Of a stretch of 64,000 nucleotides of DNA, positions 21,046 to 31,790 are shown in pieces (the first letter of the stretch is position 1; every line of letters starts with the position of its first letter). The stretch is from Vicinamibacteria bacterium. GTDB lineage: Bacteria > Acidobacteriota > Vicinamibacteria > Marinacidobacterales > Marinacidobacteraceae. The DNA lies in the NCBI GenBank assembly GCA_963422395.1, contig OY729431.1:2176001-2240000 (forward strand). Reading direction: 5' to 3'. The notes beneath the pieces were generated by a model, which saw only the letters and a program-made list of their open reading frames with translations, did no database searches and was not told where the DNA came from. The position numbers were made by a program, and so were the translations under genes.

Positions 21046-22211
21046 GGGCCGGCTCCCCCTCGGAAGAGTCCCTCGATGAGGGTGGTCGCGATCAACAGGA
21101 AGAACGAGATCGGAATCACGTACTTCCAGCAGACGCTCATCAACTGATCCACCCGGAGGCGGGGCAGCGTCCAACGGAGCCACATCTGCAAGACGACCAA
21201 GCCGAACGCCTTGCCGAAGAACAGGAGCGGATTGGAGCCGAAGGGCCCGACCCAGCCGCCGAGGAAGAGCAACGCCGCCAGCATCGAAACGAGGAGCATG
21301 TTGCCGTATTCGGCGAGGAAGAAGAACGCGAACCGCATTCCGCTGTACTCGGTGTGGAAACCGGCGACCAGCTCCGATTCGGCCTCCGGGATGTCGAACG
21401 GGGTGCGGTTCGTTTCGGCCAGTCCGCAGATGAAGAACAGCACGAAGGCGATCAGGTTGAGCGGGAACAGCTGGAAGACGAGCCAGTCGCCCACTCCGAG
21501 CAGACCGCCGGACTGGGCGGCGACGATCTCCGGAAGGTGGAGGCTTCCCACCTGGGCCACGACCACCAGGACCAGGATCGCGGTCGGGATCTCGTAACTG
21601 ACCATCTGGGCGGCGGCGCGCATTCCGCCGTAGAGGGCGTACTTGTTGTTCGAGCCCCAGCCCGCCATGAGCACCGAAAGAGCCCCCAGCGAGGTGATCG
21701 CGATGAAGTACAGGACCCCGATGTTCATGTTGGACACCGCGAGCACGGCCCCATCGCCGCGAACTCCCCAAGGCACGATCGCGAAGGCCGCGAAAGCGCT
21801 CGCCACCGCGAGCATCGGGGCGGCCCGGAAGAGGAGCCGGTCGGCGTCCTTGGGAACGAGGTCTTCCTTGAAGAGCAGCTTCATCCCGTCGGCAAAGCTC
21901 TGGAGCAGCCCGTGCCAGCCGACCCGCATCGGGCCGAGGCGGTCCTGGACATGCGCCGCCACCTTGCGCTCGAGCCAGATCGTGTAGATCGGATTCAGCG
22001 CCAGGATGCCCACGAAACCGGCCGTCCCGAGAGACACCACCACGAGGTGCTGCCAGGCGTTCGGCACGAAATCCCCGATCAGCTCCGAGAGCACCGCCGC
22101 CAGGATCGGCAGCGCTGCGATGGTCCCGAGGACCGCGACCGCCATCACGATGGGGATCAGGGTCAGCGGCCCCATGAGCCGCATCTCGATCTGGCGGAAC
22201 CGCGTGATCAC
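21042..22211 (-). CDS. nuoH: NADH-quinone oxidoreductase subunit H
   Basis: ERKVAAHVQDRLGP, AAQMVSYE, ETNRTPFDIPEAESELVAGFHTEYSG. Confidence 0.95.
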   Translation of the reverse strand: MITRFRQIEMRLMGPLTLIPIVMAVAVLGTIAALPILAAVLSELIGDFVPNAWQHLVVVSLGTAGFVGILALNPIYTIWLERKVAAHVQDRLGPMRVGWHGLLQSFADGMKLLFKEDLVPKDADRLLFRAAPMLAVASAFAAFAIVPWGVRGDGAVLAVSNMNIGVLYFIAITSLGALSVLMAGWGSNNKYALYGGMRAAAQMVSYEIPTAILVLVVVAQVGSLHLPEIVAAQSGGLLGVGDWLVFQLFPLNLIAFVLFFICGLAETNRTPFDIPEAESELVAGFHTEYSGMRFAFFFLAEYGNMLLVSMLAALLFLGGWVGPFGSNPLLFFGKAFGLVVLQMWLRWTLPRLRVDQLMSVCWKYVIPISFFLLIATTLIEGLFRGGAGP

Positions 22212-23446
22212 CGATCGATCTCTCCGAGCACGATGTCGAGGCTGCCGATGATCGCGATGATGTCCGCGATCATCTCGCCCCGGGTGATCTCGTGGAAGAG
22301 CCCCATCGCCACGAAGCAGGGCGAACGCCCCTTGACCCGGTAGGGAATCGGCTTCTTGTTCTCGGCGATGAGATAGAAGCCGAGTTCGCCGCGCGGCGCT
22401 TCGGTGCGGCAGTACACCTCGCCGGCGGGGGGGCGGATGAACCGCGGAACCTTCTCGTGGACATCGCCTTCCGCCGGGAGCCGATCCAGAGCCTGGCGGG
22501 TTATGTGCACGCTCTGATACATCTCCCGGACCCGCACGAAGTACCGATCCCAGCACGAGCCGATGGGGCCGTGCTGCCCGGTTCCGGTGATCACCTCGAA
22601 GTCGTGGTTCTCGTACCCCAGGTACGGATCGTCGCGCCGCAGGTCCCAGGAGATCCCGGAGCCGCGGAGGTTGGGGCCGGAGAGCGCGTAGTCCCGCGCC
22701 ATCTCCGGGGTGATGATCCCCACCCCGGCGGTGCGGCGGATGAAGATCTTGTTGTGGCTCAGCAGTTTGTCCACCTCGTCGAGCACCGGAACGAACTCGT
22801 CGAGGAAGCGGCGGCACTTGTCGGCCCAGCCTTCGGGCAGGTCATGCGAGACGCCGCCCACCCAGTTGTAGTTGTAGAGGAGGCGGGCGCCGCACAGCCA
22901 CTCGAAGAGATCGAGGATGCGTTCCCGCTGCTGGAAACAGAGCAGGAAGGGCGTGAAGGCGCCGATGTCCATCCCGTAGGTGCCCATCGCCAGCAGATGG
23001 CTGGCGATCCGCTGCAGCTCTGCGGTGATCACCCGAATGCCGGCGACCCGCTCGCCGACCTCGAGGTCCAGCAGTTTCTCCACCGTCATCGCGTAGGAGA
23101 GGCTGTTCGCCATCGAACCCACATAGTCCATGCGGTCGGTGAACGGGATCACCCCCTGGTAGTCGATGTTCTCGGCGTGTTTCTCGAAGTTGCGGTGGAG
23201 GTAGCCGATATGCGGCCGGGAATCCTTGACGACCTCGCCGTCGGTTTTGAGTTCGACCCGCAGCACGCCGTGCGTCGAGGGGTGCTGCGGCCCCATGTTG
23301 AGAATCATCTCGTCCTCTTCGAGATCCTCGGGGCGGAACGCGTAGGAGTTGTCGGGCGGCAGTTCCCGGTCGTAGAGGGTTACGAGCGGAGCGCCGTCGA
23401 AGTCCATGGATCCCGGAGGGCCGCTGCCGGATCCTGGGTTGTCCAT
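22208..23446 (-). CDS. nuoD: NADH-quinone oxidoreductase subunit D
   Basis: NMGPQHPSTHGVLR, GYLHR, EAPRGE, terminal GEIDR. Confidence 0.96.
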   Translation of the reverse strand: MDNPGSGSGPPGSMDFDGAPLVTLYDRELPPDNSYAFRPEDLEEDEMILNMGPQHPSTHGVLRVELKTDGEVVKDSRPHIGYLHRNFEKHAENIDYQGVIPFTDRMDYVGSMANSLSYAMTVEKLLDLEVGERVAGIRVITAELQRIASHLLAMGTYGMDIGAFTPFLLCFQQRERILDLFEWLCGARLLYNYNWVGGVSHDLPEGWADKCRRFLDEFVPVLDEVDKLLSHNKIFIRRTAGVGIITPEMARDYALSGPNLRGSGISWDLRRDDPYLGYENHDFEVITGTGQHGPIGSCWDRYFVRVREMYQSVHITRQALDRLPAEGDVHEKVPRFIRPPAGEVYCRTEAPRGELGFYLIAENKKPIPYRVKGRSPCFVAMGLFHEITRGEMIADIIAIIGSLDIVLGEIDR

Positions 23447-23462
23447 GCTGCTTCCCGAACCT

Positions 23463-24026
23463 TCAGTCGAACGGGCCCACCCCGGTCATCTGGCCCGACT
23501 CGGCCCGCTCGGTCATCTGCCGGCCCGGCTTCACCGGGATCTCATGCCAGGTTTCGGGCCACTCCCAATCGCGGAGCAGCGGGTGCCCCGGCCAATCCGC
23601 AGGAAGCAGGATGCGCCGGTGGTCGCTGTGCCCGTCGAAGTGGACTCCGAAGAGATCGAATACCTCCCGCTCGTGCCAGTTCGCCGCCTTCCAAACCGTC
23701 TCGAGGGTCGGAAGGCGCCCGCCGGAACGGGCGACGCGGACTTTCAAGACGATCCAGTGTTTTTTCGAAAGCGAGAACAGGTGGTACACCACTTCGATCG
23801 CCGGAGGGTCGGCACCCGGCCAATCCACCCCGGAAACGCAGTGGAGCGTGTCGAAAGCGAGCTCCGGATCGGTCTTGAGGAATGTGGCGGCCCGCCGAAG
23901 CGCCTCCGCTGGGAGACGGACCCACGGATCCTTGGCCTCCGGATCCGCGGAGAATTCGCCTGCCGCAAGCCCGAGGCGGCTTACGAGCCGGGCGATGAGC
24001 TGTTGGGGGGCCGCCGCTTCGTTCAT
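23463..24026 (-). CDS. nuoC: NADH-quinone oxidoreductase subunit C
   Basis: ANWHEREVFDLFGV.F.GH...RIL...W.GHPLLRD. Confidence 0.95.
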   Translation of the reverse strand: MNEAAAPQQLIARLVSRLGLAAGEFSADPEAKDPWVRLPAEALRRAATFLKTDPELAFDTLHCVSGVDWPGADPPAIEVVYHLFSLSKKHWIVLKVRVARSGGRLPTLETVWKAANWHEREVFDLFGVHFDGHSDHRRILLPADWPGHPLLRDWEWPETWHEIPVKPGRQMTERAESGQMTGVGPFD

Positions 24027-24050
24027 CGGACGATCCTCAACCGAGAGATC

Positions 24051-24581
24051 TCATCCGGCGGATGCCGCCGGAGCCGCTGCCGGAACCCGGCCCACGCGCG
24101 GGTCTTCCAGCAGGGACTTCTCGCGGATGCGATCCTGCAGGGCCATGATGCCGTAGAGCAGCGCCTCCGGCCGCGGCGGGCAGCCCGGCACATAGACATC
24201 CACCGGGATGATCTGGTCCACGCCCTTGACCACATGGTAGCCGTACTGCCAGTACGGCCCGCCGTTGTTGGCGCAGCTGCCCATCGAGATCACATACTTC
24301 GGCTCCGGCATCTGGTCGTAGAGCGTCTTGATCCGAAGGGCCATCTTGTGGGTCACGGTGCCGGCCACGATCATGGCGTCCGCCTGCCGCGGGGTAGCCC
24401 GCGGGATCAGCCCGAGGCGATCCCAGTCGAAGCGGCTCGCTCCGGTCGCCATCATCTCGATGGCGCAGCAGGCGAGGCCGAAGGTCATCGGCCAGATCGC
24501 CGAGAGGCGCGCCCAGTTCACGATGGCGCTCACGGTGGTGAGCGCGACCTGGTTCTTGCCGATGGTTCCGATCAGATCCAC
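24051..24581 (-). CDS. nuoB: NADH-quinone oxidoreductase subunit B
   Basis: [30 protein letters not shown]; probable GTG start at 24581. Confidence 0.95.
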   Translation of the reverse strand: MDLIGTIGKNQVALTTVSAIVNWARLSAIWPMTFGLACCAIEMMATGASRFDWDRLGLIPRATPRQADAMIVAGTVTHKMALRIKTLYDQMPEPKYVISMGSCANNGGPYWQYGYHVVKGVDQIIPVDVYVPGCPPRPEALLYGIMALQDRIREKSLLEDPRVGRVPAAAPAASAG

Positions 24582-25144
24582 GCCGACCCACCTGTGCCTT
24601 TCCCGGTTGTCCCTTCCCCGTTCACCCTGTTCTCCGCGGGCGGCCTCCCGCTTCCCTTCACGCGGACGCCCCCAGCGGAGATTTCCCGGGCGACGAGGAG
24701 CCCGCGGCCGGAGAACTCGCCGGCCAGGGAACTCACGGTCGGGAGAGCAGCCGCCGGGCGAGCCTTGAGAGCGCGCCGATCCTCCTCGCGCACCCACTCG
24801 AGATCGCCCTTCACCCAGACATCGGCCAGCCCCAGCACCAGCATCCCGATGAAGACGAGCCCCGCGATCAGGGCGCCGGCCCCGAGGTCGAGATAGGCGA
24901 GCGCCCACGGCAACAGCATCACCGCTTCCACATCGAAGATGAGGAACACCAGTGCGAACACATAGAAGCGGATGTTGAACTGCACACCCCACGGCGTTCC
25001 CACCGGATTCTCGCCGCATTCGTACGGTTGCGCCTTGCTCGGGAGCGGGCGCGAAGGCCGGACCAGGGACGAGACGACGAGCGTGACCCCCACGAAGAGG
25101 ACGCCGGCGAGGATGGCGACCAGCGGTCCGAGATATTCGCCCAT
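24572..25144 (-). CDS. nuoA: NADH-quinone oxidoreductase subunit A with C-terminal extension
   Basis: PYECG, FLIFDVE, KGDLEW followed by ~70 extra residues. Confidence 0.92.
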   Translation of the reverse strand: MGEYLGPLVAILAGVLFVGVTLVVSSLVRPSRPLPSKAQPYECGENPVGTPWGVQFNIRFYVFALVFLIFDVEAVMLLPWALAYLDLGAGALIAGLVFIGMLVLGLADVWVKGDLEWVREEDRRALKARPAAALPTVSSLAGEFSGRGLLVAREISAGGVRVKGSGRPPAENRVNGEGTTGKGTGGSAWI

Positions 25145-25182
25145 GAAAATTCGAAAAGAGAAGCAAGCCCCTCCGGGGACGC

Positions 25183-26100
25183 ATGGAATTCTACTCGTCC
25201 GGCCGTAGCGAGGTAAAGGTTCGGTACCGGTCCAACCGCGGCTGCCGGCGAATCGAAGGAAGACGGGTTACTCTCGGGGACGGATCGAAACGGTCCCCGG
25301 TGCAGGTGCGCTTCTCAGAGAGTTCGAAGGTCGGAGATCCGGGAGATCCCGGCTGGGGGAACCGACCGGGGCCGGGGCGCAGCGCCTCGTTGTCGGTCGT
25401 GATCCCCGCGCTCGACGCCGCTCGGGAAGTGGGCGCGGCGGTCCGCTCGGCGCCTGCTGGAGCCGAGGTGATCGTCGTGGATGGAGGGAGCCTCGATCGA
25501 ACCGTGGACGAGGCGAAACAGGCGGGCGCCGAAGTTCTCTGCGCGCCGGCCGGGCGCGCTTCGCAGCTGAACCGGGGGGCGGGCACCGCTTCCGGGGACA
25601 CGCTGCTCTTCCTGCACGCGGACTGTCGGCTGCCGGGCGACGCCCGGGAACAGATCGGGCGCATCCTGGCGGTCCCGGAAACCGTCGGCGGCTGGTTCCC
25701 GCAGCGGGTCGCCGGCGGGGGCGCCCTCCTGCGTTACGGCGCTGCCGGCGCCAATCGGCGGGCGCGCTGGCTGCGCCTCCCCTACGGCGACCAGGCGATC
25801 TTCACAACGCGCGACGCCTTCGAGCGGGCCGGAGGCTTTCCGCCGGATCCGATCATGGAGGACGCCGGCTTCGCCCGCCGGCTCCGCCGCCTCGGGCGGC
25901 TTTCGCCCGCCGCTTCCTTCGTGACCACCGGCGCCGAACACTGGGAGCGGCTCGGCCCGGTCCTGACGGCGGCTCTCGACTATCTGACCCTCACCGCCTG
26001 GTTACTCGAAGCGCCGCCCGCGCGCATCGCACGGGTTTACCACCGCCTCCAGCGCGGTCCCCGCCTCCCTTCCACCCCAAGCGCCATGCGCGGCCGCTGA
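25183..26100 (+). CDS. GT2 glycosyltransferase (TIGR04283-like); true start probably downstream
   Basis: [41 protein letters not shown]. Confidence 0.85.
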   Translation: MEFYSSGRSEVKVRYRSNRGCRRIEGRRVTLGDGSKRSPVQVRFSESSKVGDPGDPGWGNRPGPGRSASLSVVIPALDAAREVGAAVRSAPAGAEVIVVDGGSLDRTVDEAKQAGAEVLCAPAGRASQLNRGAGTASGDTLLFLHADCRLPGDAREQIGRILAVPETVGGWFPQRVAGGGALLRYGAAGANRRARWLRLPYGDQAIFTTRDAFERAGGFPPDPIMEDAGFARRLRRLGRLSPAASFVTTGAEHWERLGPVLTAALDYLTLTAWLLEAPPARIARVYHRLQRGPRLPSTPSAMRGR

Positions 26101-26177
26101 GTCGAAGCGACGGCCAACGCCGGCGGATATGGAAGGAACCGGGAAGCTCCCGGCGTTTCGGCCCGGCCCGTCCGGAG

Positions 26178-28453
26178 TCAGATCGGGCGGAAGAGGTCGG
26201 GGGGCGCGGCGCTCTCCTGCGACTCGACCACCGCGATGGCGACCACATTCACGATCTCCTCCACTGCGGCACCTCGCTGCAGGACATGCACTGGACGTCG
26301 GAGCCCGGTGACGATGGGGCCGATGGCCTCGGCGCCGCCGAGGCGTTGGAGCAGCTTGTAGGCCACATTGCCGGCTTCGAGGCTCGGGAAGATCAGCACA
26401 TTCGCGGCGCGGTCCAGCCGGGAGAACGGGTAGGTCCCCTGGAGCAACCCGTCCACGACGGCAGTGTCGGCCTGCATCTCGCCGTCCGCGACCAGATCGG
26501 GGGCGCGGTTCTGCAGCAGTTCGACCGCTCGGCGCACCTTGTTCGACCGTTCGTGGGGGGCGCTGCCGAAATTGGAGAACGACAGCATCGCCACCCGCGG
26601 TTCGACTCCGAACCGGCGCGCCACCTCTGCCGTCTGCATGGCGATATCGGCCAGGTCCTCGGCGCTCGGGTCGATGTTCACCGTCGCATCGGCGAAGAAC
26701 TTGATGTCGCTCTCGAACACCATCAGGTACACCCCGGCGACCCGCCGCACTTCATCGCGCATCCGCACGATCTGGAGCGCCGGCCGGATGGTCTCCGGAT
26801 AATGCTGGGTGAGGCCGGCCACCATGGTGTCGGCGTGGCCCACATTCACCATCATCGCCCCGTAAACGCTCGGGTTCTTCATCAGCTCGCGGGCCTTCGC
26901 CAGCCCACGCCGCGCCGCTCGCGAAGCTTGGCCAGGCGCCGGGCGTAGTCCTCGCTTCGGTTCGGATCCGCCAGGTCGGCGATGCGGGCGCCCTCGATCT
27001 CGACTCCGAGCGCAGCGCAGCGTTCCCGGATGACCGCGGTGCGGCCGAGCAAGATCGGCTCGGCGATCCCGTCGTCGAGCAGACGCTCGGCGGCGCGGAG
27101 GATCTTCGGCTCCTCGCCCTCGGGGAAGACGACCGAGCGGCGGTTCCGTTGAGCGCGCCCGATCACCTGGCGCATCACCTCGCGGCCGAGGCCGAGGCGC
27201 GCTTCGAGCCGACCCTGGTACTCGTCCAGGTCGATTTCGATCCGGGCGACTCCGCTCTCCATGGCCGCTTTCGCCACCGCCGGCGCTTCCCAGAGCAGCA
27301 CCCGGGAATCGAACGGCGACGGGATCAGATATTCCGGCCCGAACTGCATCCGCTCCTTCCCGTGGATTCGCATCACGGAATCGGGAACATCCTCCCGAGT
27401 GAGCGCCGCCAGCGCCCGCGCCGCCGCCAGCTTCATCTCCATGTCGATCGTCCGGGCGCGGACATCGAGCGCTCCGCGGAAGATGAAGGGAAAGCCCAGG
27501 ACATTGTTGACCTGGTTCGGGTAGTCGGACCGCCCAGTCGCCATGAAGACATCGCGGCGCGCCTCCATCGCGTCTTCCCAGGAGATCTCCGGGTCGGGGT
27601 TGGCCATCGCCATCACGAGCGGCTGCTCGTTCATGGAGACGACCATCTCCTGGGAGACCGCCCCCTTGACCGACAGCCCCATGAACACATCGGCGCCGCG
27701 CATCGCATCGTCGAGGGTGCGCATCGGGGTATCGAGCGCGTAACGCTCCTTGAACTCGTTCATCCCCGCCTCGCGCCCCGCATGGAGGACTCCGCGGGAG
27801 TCGCACATGACGATGTTCTCGTGAAGGACCCCGAGGCTCTCGGCGAGCTCGGCGCACGCGATCCCGGCAGCGCCGGCGCCGTTGATGACGACGCGGATTC
27901 GCCCGGGATCCTTGTCGGTCAGCTCCAGCCAGCTCAGGAGCGCGGCCCCCGAAATGATCGCGGTGCCGTGCTGGTCGTCGTGGAAGACGGGGATGTCCAT
28001 CTCCTCGCGGAGCTTGGATTCGATGTAGAAGCAGTCCGGCGCCTTGATGTCCTCCAGATTGATGCCGCCGAAGGTGGGTTCGAGAGCCTTCACCACCCGC
28101 ACGACCTCTTCGGGATCCGTCACATTCAGTTCGATGTCGAAGACATCGATGTCGGCGAACCGCTTGAACAGGACCCCCTTCCCCTCCATCACCGGCTTCG
28201 CCGCGAGGGGGCCGATGTTGCCGAGGCCGAGCACCGCGGTCCCGTTCGACACTACTGCCACCAGGTTTCCCCGCGCGGTGTAATCGAACACGCGCTCGGA
28301 GCGGTCGTGGATCTCCCGACAGGGTTCGGCGACCCCCGGGCTGTAGGCGAGCGCGAGGTCCCGCTGGGTCTGGGTGGGTTTCGTCGGCCGGATCTCGATC
28401 TTCCCGGGCCGGCCGGTCCGGTGGTAGTCCAGGGCGTCCTGTCTGCGAATCAA
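26178..28453 (-). CDS. maeB: NADP-dependent malic enzyme MaeB (malic enzyme + PTA-like domain), single frameshift near 26906
   Basis: [44 protein letters not shown]; PTA domain continues in another frame (FADATVN, SFSNFGS, DGEMQAD). Confidence 0.9.
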
Positions 28454-28876
28454 GACTTTCTCCTCACGACGAAGTCAGCGGTGATGAATGGTCCGCCGGG
28501 GCCCGGCGCAACCGGCCGGAGGCCGGATATCTCGGCGCCCGCCTGCTTCCGAGCGGCGGATCCGGACGCAGCGGACGCGAAGTCTATCCGTCAGATCCCG
28601 CGGCGCCCCGCCCTCCGCGGAAGGGGCCGCAGCCGTCTCTCCGGCAGCAAGTCTCCAACATCCACGCCCCCTGTCCTGCGCTCCCGGCACGCTGCCGTTT
28701 CAGAATGGCGCACTCCAGCACATTCGGCGCCGCCGACCGAGCCCAGGCTCGATACTCCCCCGCCGCTCGGGCACGCGGCCAAAAGTCGCGTCCCGCGGGT
28801 TGGCCGTCCCCCGCCCCCCGATTCCTCCGGACACCAGATTGGGGGAGACGGGATGCTGTTCCCCCAGAAAGCAGGT

Positions 28877-30121
28877 GCGACCCTCGCCCGCGGCCGAAAA
28901 AACACCTGTTGCGACCGAAGCTCCGCCTCGGACGCGGCGCAGCGGGGGTATGTGTGAAAGGGGGTCCACCCCCTTTCACAGAATCGTGACCCAGAAGCCG
29001 AAATCGCTGCCTCCGGCAGCAGTTCGGATTCCCGGCGCGCAGCGCCGGGCGGTTCGGGGGCGGGGCGCCCCCACTCCTCCCACGAGAGGGCAAGACGCCG
29101 GAACACCTCCCACAGCAGAGGAGAGCGAACCCCGTCCGTGGCCCGAAAAACACCTGTTGCGACCGAAGCTCCGCTTCGGGCGCGGCACATGCGGGGGTAT
29201 GTGTGAAAGGGGGTCCACCCCCTTTCACAGAATCGTGACCCAGAAGCCGAAATCGCTGCCTCCGGCAGCAGTTCGGATTCCCGGCGCGCAGCGCCGGGCG
29301 GTTCGGGGGCGGGGCGCCCCCACTCCTCCCACGAGAGGGCAAGACGCCGGAACACCTCCCACACCAGCGGAGAGCACCCCCGTCCGTGGCCCGAAAAAAC
29401 ATCTGTTGCGACCGAAGCTCCGCTTCGGGCGCGGCACAGCGGGGGTATGGGTGAAAGGGGGTCCACCCCCTTTCACAGAATCGTGACCCAGAAGCCGAAA
29501 TCGCTGCCCCCGGCAGCAGTTCGGATTCCCGGCGCGAAGCGCCGGGCGGTTCGGGGGCGGGGCGCCCCCACTCCTCCCATGAGGGCGCAAGACGCCGGGA
29601 CACCTCCCACAGCTGAGGAGAGCGAACCCCGTCCGCGGCCCGAAAAACATCTGTTGCGTCCGAAGCTCCGCTTCGGGCGCGGCACAGCGGGGGTATGGGT
29701 GAAAGGGGGTCCACCCCCTTTCACAGAATCGTGACTCGGAATCCGAAATCGCTGCCCCCGGCAGCAGTTCGGATTCCCGGCGCGAAGCGCCGGGCGGTTC
29801 GGGGGCGGGGCGTCCCCACTCCTCCCATGAGGGCGCAAGACGCCGGGACACCTCCCACAGCTGAGGAGAGCGAACCCCGTCCGCGGCCCGAAAAACATCT
29901 GTTGCGTCCGAAGCTCCGCTTCGGGCGCGGCACAGCGGGGGTATGGGTGAAAGGGGGTCCACCCCCTTTCACAGAATCGTGAGTCAGAATCCGAAATCGC
30001 TGCCTCCGGCAGCAGTTCGGATTCCCGGCGCGAAGCGCCGGGCGGTTCGGGGGCGGGGCGCCCCGCTCTCCCCACCAGAGTGCGAGACGCAGCCCGACTT
30101 CACGCCCCGCCCCCGAACCGC
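28877..30121. repeat. Tandem array of 5 units of a ~248-bp multi-hairpin element
   Basis: Core GTGAAAGGGGGTCCACCCCCTTTCAC at 28954, 29203, 29451, 29699 and 29947 (period 249, 248, 248, 248). Confidence 0.95.
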
Positions 30122-30133
30122 TCGACCTTCGAC

Positions 30134-30427
30134 CTAAGGCCAGCGGCCGCGGGTGGACTTCTTGAGCACTCTTCCCTTGCTGTTCATGATCCCGACGGTC
30201 TTTCCGTCGGTCCACCAGCGGGCGTCTTCGATGTCCCGGTCGTTCGTGCAGGCAATATAGACCGGACCGCGGAACCCGCGCAGCCTGAGGCACGCGCTCG
30301 GAAGAGTCCGTGCCGTCTCGACATTGATCGTGATCTTGTCGGTCTTGATATCGGGTCCTTTCCCCCGGTTGTACTTCCCACCGTGTTTCGCGGCGAGTGC
30401 GCGCGCTACTTCAACCTTGCTTGCCAT
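30134..30427 (-). CDS. Small basic hypothetical protein (97 aa), possible PD-(D/E)xK-like fold
   Basis: AGGAG RBS; MASKVEVARALAAKHGGKYNRGKGPDIKTDKITINVET...GPVYIA...TVGIM. Confidence 0.6.
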   Translation of the reverse strand: MASKVEVARALAAKHGGKYNRGKGPDIKTDKITINVETARTLPSACLRLRGFRGPVYIACTNDRDIEDARWWTDGKTVGIMNSKGRVLKKSTRGRWP

Positions 30428-30514
30428 GGTTGCTCCTTCATTCCGAGAAGATGCCACCCCCGATGGGCAGAGCATAGCCGACACCGGAACGCAGCGCGAT
30501 ACCCGCGCTGCGGC

Positions 30515-31771
30515 CTATTCCGCGTCGAGCAGCTCGAGGGTCACGAGCAACAGTGCGTTGCCGCCGGCGACGATGGATGCATCAGCGGTGAACTCCCGCG
30601 GGCTGTGGCTGATTCCTCCGACCGAGGGAACGAAGATCATTCCCGCCGGACACACTCTCGATAGCATCTGGGCGTCGTGCCCGGCGCCTGACGGAATCCG
30701 CCGACAAGACTTTCCGAGAGCCGCGGCCGCCTGCTCGACGAGCGCGATCACCCGCTCGTCGAAGGCTGCCGGCCCGAGCCGGACCAGTTCGCGGCGCTCG
30801 ATGGAAACCCTCTCCCTTTCCGCAGCTTCGGCGAGACCGGAGAAGAAAGCGCGCTCGGCGTGTTCCAGCCTGGAGGAGTCCGGGTTTCTGAGGTCCACGG
30901 TGAAAACCGCCCGACCGGAAACCACATTCGTGAGTCCCGGAGACAAGGAGGCTCGACCGATAGTTGCTACCTGATCGGGAATCTCGCCGGCCAGTTTCCG
31001 TGCCAGCAGAATGGCCTCGGCGGCTACTACTCCAGCATCCCGGCGAAATCTCATCGGTGTCGTGCCGGCGTGATTCGAGACGCCCCCGAGGCTGATCTCC
31101 TCCCAGAGCATTCCCTGGACTCCGGTCACCGCCCCGAAATCGAAGCGTTCCGCCTCGAGCACCGGACCCTGTTCGATATGCAGCTCACAATAGGCCGCCG
31201 GAACCGAGCCCGGCAACGGCGCGTCACCGAGATATCCGATCCGTTCGAGCTCCGCTGCCAAGGTAGCCCCGGACGGCCCTTCGGGACTGGGAAGCGCCCG
31301 GACGCGGGCGGCATCGAGGCCGCCGATATAGGCGAGACTCCCCATCATGTCGGGGGGATACCGTGAGCCCTCTTCGTTGGAAAAGAACGCAACCTCGAGC
31401 GGGCGCCGAGTCTGGACCCCCTCGTCGTTCAGGGTGCGGACGACCTCGAGCGCCGCGAGCACTCCCAGATTTCCATCGTAGCGTCCGCCATTCCCTACGG
31501 TGTCTATGTGCGAGCCGCACATCACCGCAGCCGCTTCCGGACCACCGTTTCCTTCGCGCCGGCCGATCACATTCCCGATCCCGTCCACTCGAATCCGGAG
31601 CCCGGCTTCCTCCATCCAGGAGCGGACCAGGTCGCGGCCCCTGCCGTCTTCAACGGTGAAGGCGAGACGCTCCGCGCCTCCTTCGGGGGTGGCACCGATT
31701 TCGGCGAGCCGGGCGAGGGAATCGAGCAGCCGGGTGCCGTCGATCCGGAATCCACGGTCGCCGACCGCCAC
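30515..31771 (-). CDS. M20 Zn-dependent amidohydrolase (allantoate / N-carbamoyl-amino acid type)
   Basis: GSHIDTV..GGRYDG, NEEGSR, ELHIEQG, NHAGTTPM, SGAGHDA, GGISHSP. Confidence 0.92.
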   Translation of the reverse strand: MAVGDRGFRIDGTRLLDSLARLAEIGATPEGGAERLAFTVEDGRGRDLVRSWMEEAGLRIRVDGIGNVIGRREGNGGPEAAAVMCGSHIDTVGNGGRYDGNLGVLAALEVVRTLNDEGVQTRRPLEVAFFSNEEGSRYPPDMMGSLAYIGGLDAARVRALPSPEGPSGATLAAELERIGYLGDAPLPGSVPAAYCELHIEQGPVLEAERFDFGAVTGVQGMLWEEISLGGVSNHAGTTPMRFRRDAGVVAAEAILLARKLAGEIPDQVATIGRASLSPGLTNVVSGRAVFTVDLRNPDSSRLEHAERAFFSGLAEAAERERVSIERRELVRLGPAAFDERVIALVEQAAAALGKSCRRIPSGAGHDAQMLSRVCPAGMIFVPSVGGISHSPREFTADASIVAGGNALLLVTLELLDAE

Positions 31772-31790
31772 TCTCGTCTTCGCTTCGGGG

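Noticed and set aside
28877-30121. CRISPR array
   Set aside because: Units are 248 bp and nearly identical throughout; no unique spacers and no cas genes in the window
28488-30293. Overlapping ORFs inside the tandem array
   Set aside because: The period is not a multiple of 3, so peptides rotate through frames; a product of repeated GC-rich DNA
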